A stretch of DNA of 64,000 nucleotides, from assembly GCA_963833985.1 (NCBI GenBank), contig CAWIAD010000002.1, forward strand, positions 3,136,001-3,200,000. Direction: 5' to 3'. The first letter of the stretch is position 1. Each line of letters starts with the position of its first letter. Origin of the DNA: an uncultured Planctomycetaceae bacterium (GTDB taxonomy: Bacteria > Planctomycetota > Planctomycetia > Isosphaerales > Isosphaeraceae). The notes beneath the pieces are model-generated. The model saw nothing but the letters and a program-made list of their open reading frames with translations. It made no database searches and was not told the DNA's origin. The position numbers and the translations under genes are program-made. Shown piece after piece: positions 1 to 10,258 of this stretch.

Positions 1-285
1 GGTAGAGACCGTCATGAACGACGACGGTGTCTCCCGGCTGAACACTGGCGGCCGCGGCGGAGATCGTCCGGAACTGCTGGCTTGCGGAGAGACCGGTCAG
101 AGGCTCTGACGACACGTGCAGCACCCGGCCTTCGGGTCCGGAAGCTTGCCCCGCGGCTTCTGCAAGACAGACGGCGGTGAGTTGAAACGCCGCAAGCGCG
201 CACGCGCACACGGACACGAGTCTGACCGGAAGCAGTCTCATGACGAGAGGTCCTGGCGGGTCAAAGAGGAGTGTCGTCGCAGTCT

Positions 286-1071
286 CTATGATAACCCGAC
301 CTGTTGCGTGGCAGAACCGCGCGGCATCCGAGGTGCCAGTTCCGAGCGCACCCAGGCGCGGAGACGGCGCGCCCAGTCCGAATGGTCACTGGAATCCTCG
401 TCCACGACCCAGCGCAGGATCTCGTCGGCCCGAACCGGTAAAAACACGCTGATTTCCACGGGTTCGTAGGTTGAATCGTCTCTCAGACGCTCAATGATGA
501 TCCTGCCTTGCTGGTGGTCAAAGCGCCAGAGCTCGGCGACGGCGAGCGCGGCATAGATTCCCGGCCGGTCAATTCTGGATCGGGAGATATCGACTTCAAT
601 GGACAGGTCGGGGTTGGGATAGTCCGCGACATTCTCGGAGCGTTGCGACTTCGCCATGTTGGAAGCCGCGAGTTTTTCAGGCTTGAAGTAGTAGCACTCA
701 TCAGACTCAAGGCCGCGGGCGACTTCGGGTCGTTTCCAGGTGGTCTGCCCCAGGCCTTTGTAAGGGATGGCAAGTTCCTGCGCGACCGCCTCCACGAACT
801 GACCGAACAGTGTCTTGACCTCATCGTGGAACGGGCCGATCGGCGACATGAGCTCCAGATCCTTGCCGTCATAGTCGACGTGGACGTGCCAGCCATCGGG
901 TATCGAGTCCACGAGCTGCTCATAAAACGCCCAGTCCACTCCCCGGATCACGTGACGTTGATCAGGGATGGTCAGCTTCTGGTAGAGCTCGCCCAGGGAA
1001 GGAACGGCATGTGGCGGGAAGGAAATGGGCTCGGAAGAAACCAACGGATTGTCAAGCGATGGCCTGCTCAT
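286..1071 (-). CDS. Uma2/DUF820-family PD-(D/E)XK putative endonuclease
   Basis: Motifs YDGKDLELMSP..H, GLESDECYY, PDLSIEVDIS, IYAALAVAELWRFD are typical of Uma2 proteins. Confidence 0.9.
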   Translation of the reverse strand: MSRPSLDNPLVSSEPISFPPHAVPSLGELYQKLTIPDQRHVIRGVDWAFYEQLVDSIPDGWHVHVDYDGKDLELMSPIGPFHDEVKTLFGQFVEAVAQELAIPYKGLGQTTWKRPEVARGLESDECYYFKPEKLAASNMAKSQRSENVADYPNPDLSIEVDISRSRIDRPGIYAALAVAELWRFDHQQGRIIIERLRDDSTYEPVEISVFLPVRADEILRWVVDEDSSDHSDWARRLRAWVRSELAPRMPRGSATQQVGLS

Positions 1072-1142
1072 TCTACCTCCATCGACTCGGGGTCGTGCCG
1101 CTCAGAGTCACTTGAGGCAGTGCGAGTTCGATTGCGAGAGAA

Positions 1143-1331
1143 AGCGAGGATGACGCGGCTTGAACCCGCAGCTGCGGCGTGACAAGCAGGAGATGCGTGC
1201 CATGGGCTCACATCATAACTGATTGGCAATAAGGACTTACGTCGATCAGGCGGTTACGTCACTTCTCATATTTTACCAGGATTTCGAACGATTTGCCGGC
1301 AATTCTCTGAAGGAATTCTGAATCCGAATAT
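1143..1331 (-). repeat. Degenerate att-like module, copy 1: decayed tRNA-Asp 3' half plus conserved arm sequence
   Basis: AGCGAGGATGACGCGGCTTGAACCCGCAGCTGCGGCGTGACAAGCAGG aligns to the tRNA-Asp 3' half; the following ~140 bp align with 3129-3271. Confidence 0.75.
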
Positions 1332-1434
1332 GATCGACCATTATTGCAATCCGCAATAGCCCTGCATCCGCATGGGCGATGATGGCCGGTCAAGTAAACT
1401 GAACGAGGCATAGGTATAACGTTGCAGCGCGAGG

Positions 1435-1800
1435 TCAGGTATCGACTGGGACCTCCAGCATCCTATCGATGAGTCGATCGATCATCTCGGTGTCGAAATC
1501 ATCGCCTAGACGGCAGTGTTGCTCCGGATCGTCGTTGACGATGAGCGGACCAGCATCGATGCCGCCACCATTCTCGCGAATCGACAGTCGATAGATGTGG
1601 TAGCCGGTCCAACTCCGATAGAAGTCGAGAGAGTGCGAGCGGAGAATGCCGAACCACTTGTCCTCCATGCTTTGAGGGATAAGCCCGCGCCTGAGCAGTT
1701 CCACCTCAGCTTCGGTGAAAGAGCGCTTGAAAGGGAGTTCCACTCGAGACAGGGACATCGGCTTGCTGCCACGATCCCAGGGCTCCGTTTGAGCGCTCAT
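1435..1800 (-). CDS. Conserved hypothetical protein (GLIPxxMEDKWF...RSWTG motif)
   Basis: 121-aa ORF with AGGA RBS-like sequence; protein-like motif content, function unknown. Confidence 0.7.
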   Translation of the reverse strand: MSAQTEPWDRGSKPMSLSRVELPFKRSFTEAEVELLRRGLIPQSMEDKWFGILRSHSLDFYRSWTGYHIYRLSIRENGGGIDAGPLIVNDDPEQHCRLGDDFDTEMIDRLIDRMLEVPVDT

Positions 1801-2034
1801 CGAATAGCTTCCTGAGGAGTGATTGTGTGTACGACCGAGCGAGTTGCCTCACGCCCTCGAATGCATGCGTCAAACACTATACCAATAGACCGCCTCCCCC
1901 GCCGGACGAAACCTTGTCGCTGGAGTCGAGTACGAGTTTGCCGAAACTCCAGCACGGGCGGCCCCGGCACGTTCTCTGCCCGCCCCGGGTGAGCTCCCGT
2001 ACTCGCGAGCCTCGCGGCGCTGATCATGGAGTCC

Positions 2035-2805
2035 TCATGGGTCTGTCTGGACACCCTCCAGCACCCCGCGCCAGAAGGCTGGCATGCCGCCATAGGCGGC
2101 CTGGTAGGTCGGCTCCAGCGGCGCATTGATATAGCGGTCGGGACGCAAAAAGAGCGGCATATCGGGCAATAAAGCGCCGAAGGCGACGTGCTCGACATAG
2201 ATCTCCACCACCGACCCCGTGGCGTAGCTCGCCAGCGTTGCCGGTTCGTCCACCGGCACATCGTAGGGCTGGTCGGAGCCTTCAAGCCGCTGGACAATCG
2301 CGCCATGCATACCGCAGGGATCATGGGAGCCGGGAGGAAACACGTCCACCAAGAGCAGATGCACGCCCAGGTCCAGGGCGGACACAGCCTTGGCGGCAAA
2401 GTCCTCGACCTGGCTGGCGCGGTCCTTGTTTGTTGGCGAGACGATCTCGATCAGAGCGACGAGGCGGTGACCGCTCACGTGGCGAATGGCCAGCGAGCGG
2501 CGACGGGCCACCGCCGCAGGTTCCACCGTGTGCCTCCGCCGCGTCCGTGGGGGCGCGTCGGCCAGGGCGACGCCGCCGGTTGCCGGGGGTAGGGGCAATC
2601 GTGCCGGCACCGGCTCCAGACTGGCAGGGCTGGCGTGGAGGGTCAGTACATCCGCGATCGCTCGGCCGGCATGCTGCTCCGCCAGAGCATAGTAACCCTC
2701 CGGCAACAGGCCGCCGTTGAGAAACTTCTGGATTTCCGGGATCCAGGCGACGTGAAACGCGTGAAAAATCCCGGCTTCAACCCGGGTCCAGTCGTGCAAA
2801 GGCAT
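2035..2805 (-). CDS. DUF4058 family protein
   Basis: MPLHDWTRVEAGIFHAFH start, LIEIVSPTNK, HLLLVD, LPDMPLFL; GGAG RBS upstream of the ATG at 2805. Confidence 0.85.
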   Translation of the reverse strand: MPLHDWTRVEAGIFHAFHVAWIPEIQKFLNGGLLPEGYYALAEQHAGRAIADVLTLHASPASLEPVPARLPLPPATGGVALADAPPRTRRRHTVEPAAVARRRSLAIRHVSGHRLVALIEIVSPTNKDRASQVEDFAAKAVSALDLGVHLLLVDVFPPGSHDPCGMHGAIVQRLEGSDQPYDVPVDEPATLASYATGSVVEIYVEHVAFGALLPDMPLFLRPDRYINAPLEPTYQAAYGGMPAFWRGVLEGVQTDP

Positions 2806-3079
2806 GGTGGATTCTGCTTCTCCTCCGCCATTGGTCCATCGTACCGCCGCCGACTGGCTGGAGTAAGGATCCTTTCCAGAGTGCGCATGAGTCTCGGAAC
2901 GCAAAGAAGGTGGAAGGCTGCCAACCCTTCCCGACTTTGCCGAACCATCCCCGCAGGCGATCCGTACCTCGCTCGGTCTACGCCCGGGAGGGTCGCCGCG
3001 ATGCCTCTGCTCAACAGATCGAAGAGTCATCAGACGTGTTGGTCACCGAGGATGATGAAACACCTTCTGGAGAAACATC

Positions 3080-3271
3080 AGCGAGGATGATGGGGCTCGA
3101 ACCCACAACCTCCGGCGTGATAGGCCGGAAACGGCGACTTCTGGCCGCGACACCTGACCATTATTGAGAAAGAACTTACGATCACTCGGGCGGTCGCGTT
3201 TGATACTAGACATTACCGGGATTTCAGACGATTTGCCAGCAATCCTCTGAAGAGATTCTGGAGCCGAATAT
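3080..3271 (-). repeat. att-like module, copy 2: 49-bp duplicate of the tRNA-Asp 3' half plus conserved arm sequence
   Basis: 3080-3128 matches 4526-4574 at 48/49 positions; the distal 59 bp match copy 1 with about 9 mismatches. Confidence 0.9.
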
Positions 3272-3439
3272 CAATGCTCCGAGTGGGCTGCCGGAGTCAA
3301 GCCGAGCGAACTCGCCTCACAACGGTCGGTGAAGGGCAACGCGTCGCTCGGAGGCGCCAGGCCCTGAAATCCGAGCAGCCGATTGCGGACTGGTCTTACA
3401 GTCGATGGATCTATGCGATCAGCTTTAAGACGGAAAGCC

Positions 3440-3590
3440 TCGGCGCATGACCCTGTTGATCTGCGGGTTATCACCAGCTCGATCAATGACGAGAGTGGCA
3501 CGGGCGGGCAAGCGAAGCTCGCCCGTATGCTCAACTGGCATCACAGCACGCTTTGGCGGAATCTGAACGAGAAGTCGCGGATCACCCTGA
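3440..3590 (+). pseudogene. Remnant of a Cro/XRE-like helix-turn-helix protein
   Basis: GGQAKLARMLNWHHSTLWRNLNEKSRIT resembles an HTH; no convincing start and the end runs into unrelated sequence. Confidence 0.45.
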
Positions 3591-3695
3591 CCCATTTTCC
3601 CCTCCTCTTCCCCTCGGGCACCGGACTTCTACCGGGGCGGCCGATGCCTCAGCTCGCGCCGCGATGGACCGCGCTTGCCGGGGATGGGAGGTGAT

Positions 3696-4079
3696 TTACC
3701 CGAGGGCGATTTGTCTTGATCGGAAGTCGACCGTCAGAAACCCACCCCTTAAGCAATCCAGCCCGAGCAGGCCATGGACCGACGTGCTGACGGGGAGCGT
3801 GTGGGCCAGGACGGGAAACCCGATGGGATGCTGGCCAAGGGCCGTCAGTCGCGTCAAGATGACCTTCGGAACGGAGGTTTCCAGGCTGCCGGTTGTCATC
3901 CGGACACGATCGGGCACGCTCGCCAGGTCGTAACCCAGGGCCAGCAACACAGCGTCGTTGAGCAAGCTGGTCGTCGCGCCGGTGTCGAGGATGAGTTGAA
4001 GGGCCAGGCTCCGATCGGGCCCGGTGACTTCCGCCTTGACCAGGATCGGTCCGTGCCTGGGGTCGAAAGGAAAGCTCAC
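3696..4079 (-). CDS. Retropepsin-like (clan AA) aspartyl protease
   Basis: LILDTGATTS catalytic motif and C-terminal GLLGLDCL; start overlaps the upstream stop (GTGA). Confidence 0.88.
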   Translation of the reverse strand: MSFPFDPRHGPILVKAEVTGPDRSLALQLILDTGATTSLLNDAVLLALGYDLASVPDRVRMTTGSLETSVPKVILTRLTALGQHPIGFPVLAHTLPVSTSVHGLLGLDCLRGGFLTVDFRSRQIALG

Positions 4080-4303
4080 AGGACGAGCACCAGATCCTCG
4101 GGGATCGTGCCCAAGAACTGGAGCGCGTACCGTCCGGGCGGGTATTCCATGGCCTTGCGACAGACCTCGTCTCGATCCGGGCCGTGGAAGAGGACTCGCC
4201 CCGCTCGGAGTTCGAGCGCCTCGTCGGTCTCGGGCTCACAGATCAGGACCCAATCCGGCGTGTAGCGCGCTTTGATCTCGTCGATCGTCAAGATTTCATC
4301 CAT
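4076..4303 (-). CDS. Small (75 aa) partner protein of the aspartyl protease (DUF5678-like)
   Basis: MDEILTIDEIKARYTPDWVLI...GRVLFHGPDRDEV; translationally coupled to the protease. Confidence 0.7.
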   Translation of the reverse strand: MDEILTIDEIKARYTPDWVLICEPETDEALELRAGRVLFHGPDRDEVCRKAMEYPPGRYALQFLGTIPEDLVLVL

Positions 4304-4527
4304 GGCGGTGTCTACGCGGGCAAAAAAACCGGAACCACCGATAAACCCGAGCGAGGTTAAGCCTTCCAGGCAGGTCGTGGCTTGTCCGAGGATCTCATCG
4401 ACGGAATGACTGGCAGCTGGACACTTAGATTGCCCGGGAGTACACAAGTCTAGATTTGAATGTTAGATTGTTCCGACTTAACTGTCTGGCAGCGGCCACA
4501 CCTCCTCGGCCTACAAAAACTTAGAAG

Positions 4528-4601
4528 CGAGGATGATGGGGCTCGAACCCACAACCTCCGGCGTGACAGGCCGGTGCTCTAACCAATTGAGCTACATCCC
4601 C
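4528..4601 (-). tRNA. tRNA-Asp (GTC)
   Basis: Reverse complement GGGGATGTAGCTCAATTGGTTAGAGCACCGGCCTGTCACGCCGGAGGTTGTGGGTTCGAGCCCCATCATCCTCG folds as a cloverleaf with anticodon GTC; CCA not encoded. Confidence 0.97.
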
Positions 4602-4627
4602 AATCCCGCATGGTGGGTGCGTATGTG

Positions 4628-4656
4628 AAGATATCCCCGGGCCGGGGCAAAGTCAA
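4628..4656 (-). promoter_or_regulatory. sigma70-type promoter for tRNA-Asp
   Basis: TTGACT-17 bp-TATCTT on the minus strand just upstream of the tRNA. Confidence 0.65.
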
Positions 4657-4797
4657 GGCTCGGGGGTTGCTGGACGGAGGGGCAGGCAGTAGGCTGAGTT
4701 GCCGAAATTCCGCATTGGCGTAGGGTTGCGATCGTGAGCACCCGACGGCGCTGGCCGGGGCGATCCGGGCGTTGGGTCCCTGAAGGGGTGAGGCATC

Positions 4798-5753
4798 GTG
4801 CAGGTCACCAGGGCGGTCATCACCGCGGCAGGACGCGGGGCGCGGCAGTACCCGGCCTCGGATACCGTGCAGAAGGCCATGCTGCCGGTCGTCGATCGCG
4901 ACGGGCTCTCCAAGCCGGTCCTCCAGATCATCGCCGAGGAGGCGATCGAAAGCGGCATCGAGGAAATCTGCGTCGTCAGCGCGCCGGGCGACGAGGCCGT
5001 CTACCGCGGCCACTTTCGCAATTACGCGGCCAACCTGCGCACGGCCTTCAAGGGGGTGGATTGGGCCGAGGAGCAAGCGCGCCGGCTCGTCGACCTGGAA
5101 CGCCGGCTGCGGTTCACGGTCCAGGCCGAACCCCTGGGCTATGGCCACGCGGTCTGGTGTGCCCGCGAGTTCGCCGCCGGCCAGCCGTTCCTGCTGCTGC
5201 TGGGCGATCACCTCTATGTTTCCGCCGAACCCCGGCGCTGCGCCGGCAGTTGATCGACCTGGCCGCGGCCGAAACCTGCGCGGTCTCCGCCGTCCAGGCG
5301 ACGCGCGAGCACCTGATCCACCAGTACGGCACGCTGAACGGCCGCAGGCTCGCCGAGCGGGCGGACGTCTACGCGATCGACGAGATCATCGAGAAGCCCA
5401 ACCCCACCCTGGCGGAGCTGCGGCTCCAGGTGCCTGGGCTGCGGGCCGGTCATTACCTCTGCTTCTTCGGCATGCACGTGCTCACTCCGACGGTCTTCGA
5501 GCTGCTCGACGGCCTGGTGCAACAGAACGTCCGCGAGCACGGCCAGATCCAGCTCACCACGGCGCTGAACGCCCTGGCGCGGCGCGAACGCTACCTGGCA
5601 CTCGAGACCCGCGGTTCGCGGTTCAACCTCGGAGTCAAGTTCGGGGTCGTGGAGGCGCAGATCGCCCTGGCCCTGGCGGGCGTCGACCGCGAGCGTATCC
5701 TCGCGCTGCTCGTGGAAACGCTGGCCAGGCTGGAGCAGCAACCGACCCGCTGA
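4798..5753 (+). CDS. GalU-like sugar-phosphate nucleotidyltransferase (frameshift near 5245)
   Basis: RAVITAAGRGAR..QKAMLP, QAEPLGYGHAV, LLGDH in one frame; IIEKP, QLTTAL, RFNLG in the next. Confidence 0.85.
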
Positions 5754-5816
5754 GCCGAGCCACCCGGCCAGCCTGCGCCGGCTCGGCCCGACCCCGCGGA
5801 CCTCTTGAAGAAGACC

Positions 5817-8800
5817 ATGGAACCACCCGGCAAGACCCTGATCGAGACCATCACCAGCGCCGATCCTGGCGTCCGCGATCGTTCCGCGCGAATGCTCATC
5901 GCCCCGCTTGGCCTTGCCGCCAAGCTGCGCGCCTGCGAGGAGCTGGAAGAGTTCCGGCAGCGTAGCGAGAACCTCTACGAGCGGGTTCGGGCGTGCCTGT
6001 TCCTGCAATCTATTTACCGTTACGACGTCCAGGAAGATCCGGCCATTCGCACTGCCGGGCTGGTGCCCTTCAGCGGCTTCATGGACATGATGGCCAGGCG
6101 CTACGAGCAGGCGCTCACCGCCTTCCGCAGGGCGATGAAGAGCGACGGCCCCAACGGCGCGATCTGCAGCGCGCTGGCACAGGCCTACGACCAGGTTGCC
6201 TTTCAGACCCTTGCCGATCAGGTCCGCCGGTCGGTGCGGAGCTGCGCCGGGAACCGCTGGATGTTCCGCGTCGGCGCGATCGACGAGCATCCCCTGCACC
6301 TTCATCCTCGGCTCCTGGAGCGTGAATCCGAGGACGGCCTGTACCCCATTCTCGTCGAGCGGACGCCGGTCCGGCTGGATCTGTCGCACAGTGCCTGGTC
6401 GGACATCTTCTTCCTGGGCATGGATTACCCCGAGGGCGCGCGGGTGCTGAACATCTCCGTGGACCTGGGCGTTCACGGCCGCGACCAGAGTCCCTCCCCG
6501 CCCATCGAGTGCCGGGTGCGAGTGATCGCTCAGCCCATCCTGCGGATCACCAGCATCGACCTGAACGCCTGCAAGGACGTGGACACCCTGGAAGAGCTGT
6601 TCAACTTCGGCAACGACTACCTGGGGCTGGTGAAGGCGGGCGTGATCGCCTCGGGCCTCGTGCCGCCCTCGCTCGAAGGCACGTCGGTCCCGCTTGCGGA
6701 CCTGCTGGCGCGGGTGGTGCGCCCGGGCACGGGCTGGAGATCGTCAGCAAGGTGAACGACATTCCCAAGGGATCGCGGCTGGCCGTTTCCACGAACCTGC
6801 TGGCATCGCTCATCGCCATCCTGATGCGCGCCACGGGCCAGACGCGTAGCCTGACCGGCCCGCTCGACCTGGAAGAGGCTCGCGTGGTCGTGGCCCGGGC
6901 CATCCTCGGCGAGTGGCTAGGGGGATCGGGAGGCGGGTGGCAAGACTCGGGCGGGGTCTTTCCCGGCATCAAGCTGATCCATGGCGTGCCCGCGACCGCG
7001 ACCGACCCGGAGTGGGGCGTCAGCCGGGGACGGCTGCTGCCTGCCCACCGGCTCATTGACGGTCAAAACGGCCATTCCGGCACGGCTGGGCCGCAGCCTG
7101 GCGTACGGCCGTTCCCGGAGGCGCTGGCGGACAGCCTGGTGCTGGTGCACGGGGGCATGGCCCAGAATGTGGGGCCCATCCTCAACATGGTGACCACGAA
7201 GTACCTGCTGCGCGGCCACGAGGAATGGCTGGCGCGGCAGCGGGCGCTCCAGGTCTTCGATCGGGTGCTGGCCGCGGTGGACGAGTCCGACGTGCGCGGC
7301 GTCGGCCACTGGACGACCGAGAACTGGAACGGCCCGCTGAAGGCGATCATCCCCTGGGTCTCGAACGCCTTCACGGAGGCGATCATCGCCGAGGCGCGGC
7401 AGGCCCTGGGCAATGATTTCTGGGGGTTTCTCATGCTCGGCGGCATGTCGGGCGGGGGGATGGCGTTCTTCGTCGCTCCCCACCGGCACGATGAGTTTCA
7501 GGACCAGGTCCTGAGCATCATGCGCCGGGTCAAGTCCGACCTGGACGACGCCCTGCCGTTCGCGATGGAGCCGGTGGTGTACGACTTCCGGATCAATCCC
7601 CGCGGCACCTGGGCCGAGCTGGAATGCGGCGACGGTGCCATGATGCCCCCGCGGTACTACACGCTCCAGGTTCCCCGGATGATCACCGCGGGAACCGCCG
7701 CGCTCGATCCGTTGCGGAAAGCGGATGTCGACCATTTCGCCAACCGGTGCCCGGCCACGAGCGAGCTGGTCGGCGTGTTCCGCACCATGATCAACCATCT
7801 CTTCCCCGTGACCCGCAGCGCTCGAGACGACGCATTGGCGCGGTGGGACGAGGAGGCCCGGCGCATCCGCGCGGAGAACGGATTCGACCCGAAGCAGCAC
7901 GAGAGCCTGCGCGAGGACCTGCTCCGCGGCCGCATCGGCCTGTCCCGCAACCGCCTGCCGGTGGATCTGGAAATCCGCGACGTGGACGACGCCGACCTGA
8001 TCCAGGCCCATGGTCCGGTACCGGCCGGCGCCCGCAAGCAGGGAGAAGAGTCGCTCCGCAAGGGAGAGGTGGCCGTCGTGAGCCTGGCGGCCGGGGTGGG
8101 CAGCCGGTGGACGACCGGGGCGGGGGTGGTCAAGGCGGTCAACCCGTTCGTCGCGCTGGCCGGAAAACATCGCAGTTTCCTGGAGATCCACCTGGCCAAG
8201 ACCCGCGCGATCGAGCAGTCGCTGGGCATCGCCATCCCGCACATCGTGACGACCAGCTATCTGACGCACGCCGCGGTCGAGCGCCACCTGGCCCGAACCA
8301 GCAACTACGGTCATGAAGGGCCGGTCTTCCTGTCCCGCGGCCAGTCGATTGCGCAACGGCTGGTGCCCATGGCGCGAGACCTGACATTCCTGTGGGAAGA
8401 GACGACGCACGAGACGCTCGACGAGAACAAGCAGAAGGTGCGCGAGGCCGGCCGCCGGGCCATCCTTCAGTGGGCCCGGGACGTGGGCGAGGGAACCGAC
8501 TACACCGACAACCTGCCAATCCAGCGGTTCGCCCCGCCCGGCCATTTCTTCGAGCTGCCCAACCTGCTGCGGAACGGTACGCTGGGCCGCATTCTGGACG
8601 CGTATCCGAACCTCCAGTGGCTGATGCTGCACAACATCGACACGCTGGGCGCGACCGTCGACCCGGCCATCCTGGGGCTCGCCTGCCAGAGCGCGGCGAC
8701 CCTCAGCTTCGAGGTGATTCCCCGCCGCATCGACGACCGCGGGGGCGGCCTGGCCCGCGTCGCCGGCCGGCTACGCATCCTGGAAGGACTGGCCCAGCCG

Positions 8801-9199
8801 CGCGAGGAGACCGAGTTCGCTCTGAGGTACTACAATACACTCACGACGTGGGTGCGCATCGACGGCTTCCTCCAGACCCTGCACCTGACGCGCGATGACC
8901 TGCGCTCGGCACCGGAGAAGGTGGCCGACGCGATCCGGTCGCTGGCGGCCAGGGTGCCCACCTACGTGACCATCAAGGACGTGAAGCGGCGCTGGGGGCA
9001 TGGCCAGGAGGATGTCTTTCCGGTCGCACAGTTCGAGAAGCTCTGGGGCGATCTGACCTCGCTGCCTGACCTGCCGTGTGCGTTCCTGGCCGTGTCGCGG
9101 CTGCGCGGACAGCAGCTCAAGGACGCGGCCCAGCTCGACGGCTGGGTGAGCGACGGCAGCCGCGACCACGTCCAGTCCCTCTGTGCCTTTCCCCCGTAA
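5817..9199 (+). CDS. Bifunctional GHMP sugar kinase / UDP-sugar pyrophosphorylase-like protein (frameshift near 6730)
   Basis: PVRLDL, DIPKGSRLAVS, GGGWQDSGG, LGGMSGGG (GHMP); SLAAGVGSRW, PPGH, HNIDTL (UGPase/USP fold). Confidence 0.8.
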
Positions 9200-9222
9200 C
9201 CCGAGCGAGCGGTCAAGAAGCC

Positions 9223-10176
9223 ATGAGCAAGAGCGAGCGAGTGCTGGTCACTGGCGGAGCCGGGTTCATCGGCTCGCACCTGGTCGAGGCCCTGGTGCAG
9301 CAGGGCTACCGCGTACGCGTGGTCGACAACCTGGCCACGGGGCACCGGTCGAACCTCGCCCACCTGGAGGGCCGTTTCGAGTGGATCGAGGGCGACCTTG
9401 CAAACCTGGAAGTTTGCCGCCAGGCGGCCGAAGGCATGGGCTACGTCTTTCACCAGGGTGCGATTCCCAGCGTGCCGCGCTCGGTGCGCGAACCGCTCGA
9501 GTCGCACACGAGCGGGCCGACGGCCACGCTGAACATGCTGGAGGCCGCCCGCAGGGCAGGGGCCCGGCGGTTCATGTTCGCCGCGTCCAGCAGTGCCTAT
9601 GGCGACACCGTCGAATTGCCCAAGCACGAGGGCATGCTGCCCACGCCTCTCTCTCCCTACGCCGCGGGGAAGCTGGCCGGCGAGCATTACGTCAGCGTCT
9701 ATGCCCGCACGATGGGCCTGGACGGCGTGAGCCTGCGGTACTTCAACATCTTCGGCCCGCGCCAGGACCCTTCCAGCCCGTACAGCGGCGTGATCTCGCT
9801 CTTCATCCGGTTCATGTCCCAGGGCCGGCGGCCGACGATCTACGGTGACGGCCAGCAAACCCGCGACTTCACCTACGTGGCCAACGCCGTGGCCGCCAAT
9901 CTGGCCGCCATGCGGTCGGCCGAGCCGCTTGGGGGCCGTGTCTTCAATGTCGGCACCGGCCAGCGGATCAGCCTGCTGGACCTGGTCTCCACGCTCAACA
10001 AGATTCTTGGCACCGACCTGGAGCCGAACTTCCTGGAGCCGCGCGCCGGCGACGTGCGCGACTCGCTGGCCAGCCTGGAGCGGATTGAGCAGGTCCTGGG
10101 CTACAGGCCGGTCATCGCCTTCGAGGAGGGGCTGCGCCGGACCGTCGAGGCTTCTCTTGAACCGGCCGCATCATGA
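9223..10176 (+). CDS. NAD-dependent epimerase/dehydratase (UDP-hexose 4-epimerase, WbpP-like SDR)
   Basis: VTGGAGFIGSH, ASSSAYG, YAAGK, LRYFNIFGPRQDP. Confidence 0.92.
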   Translation: MSKSERVLVTGGAGFIGSHLVEALVQQGYRVRVVDNLATGHRSNLAHLEGRFEWIEGDLANLEVCRQAAEGMGYVFHQGAIPSVPRSVREPLESHTSGPTATLNMLEAARRAGARRFMFAASSSAYGDTVELPKHEGMLPTPLSPYAAGKLAGEHYVSVYARTMGLDGVSLRYFNIFGPRQDPSSPYSGVISLFIRFMSQGRRPTIYGDGQQTRDFTYVANAVAANLAAMRSAEPLGGRVFNVGTGQRISLLDLVSTLNKILGTDLEPNFLEPRAGDVRDSLASLERIEQVLGYRPVIAFEEGLRRTVEASLEPAAS

Positions 10177-10258
10177 TAATCTCGGAAAAGAGCTGAAACA
10201 AAACGCCTCTCCGCCGGCACTATTCCCGATTCCTCTTCAACCAGGGAGTGGCTTGGCG

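Noticed and set aside
3080..3128. Second tRNA gene (apparent anticodon ATC)
   Set aside because: Only the anticodon arm, T arm and 3' acceptor strand are present; there is no D arm or 5' strand. It is an att duplicate.
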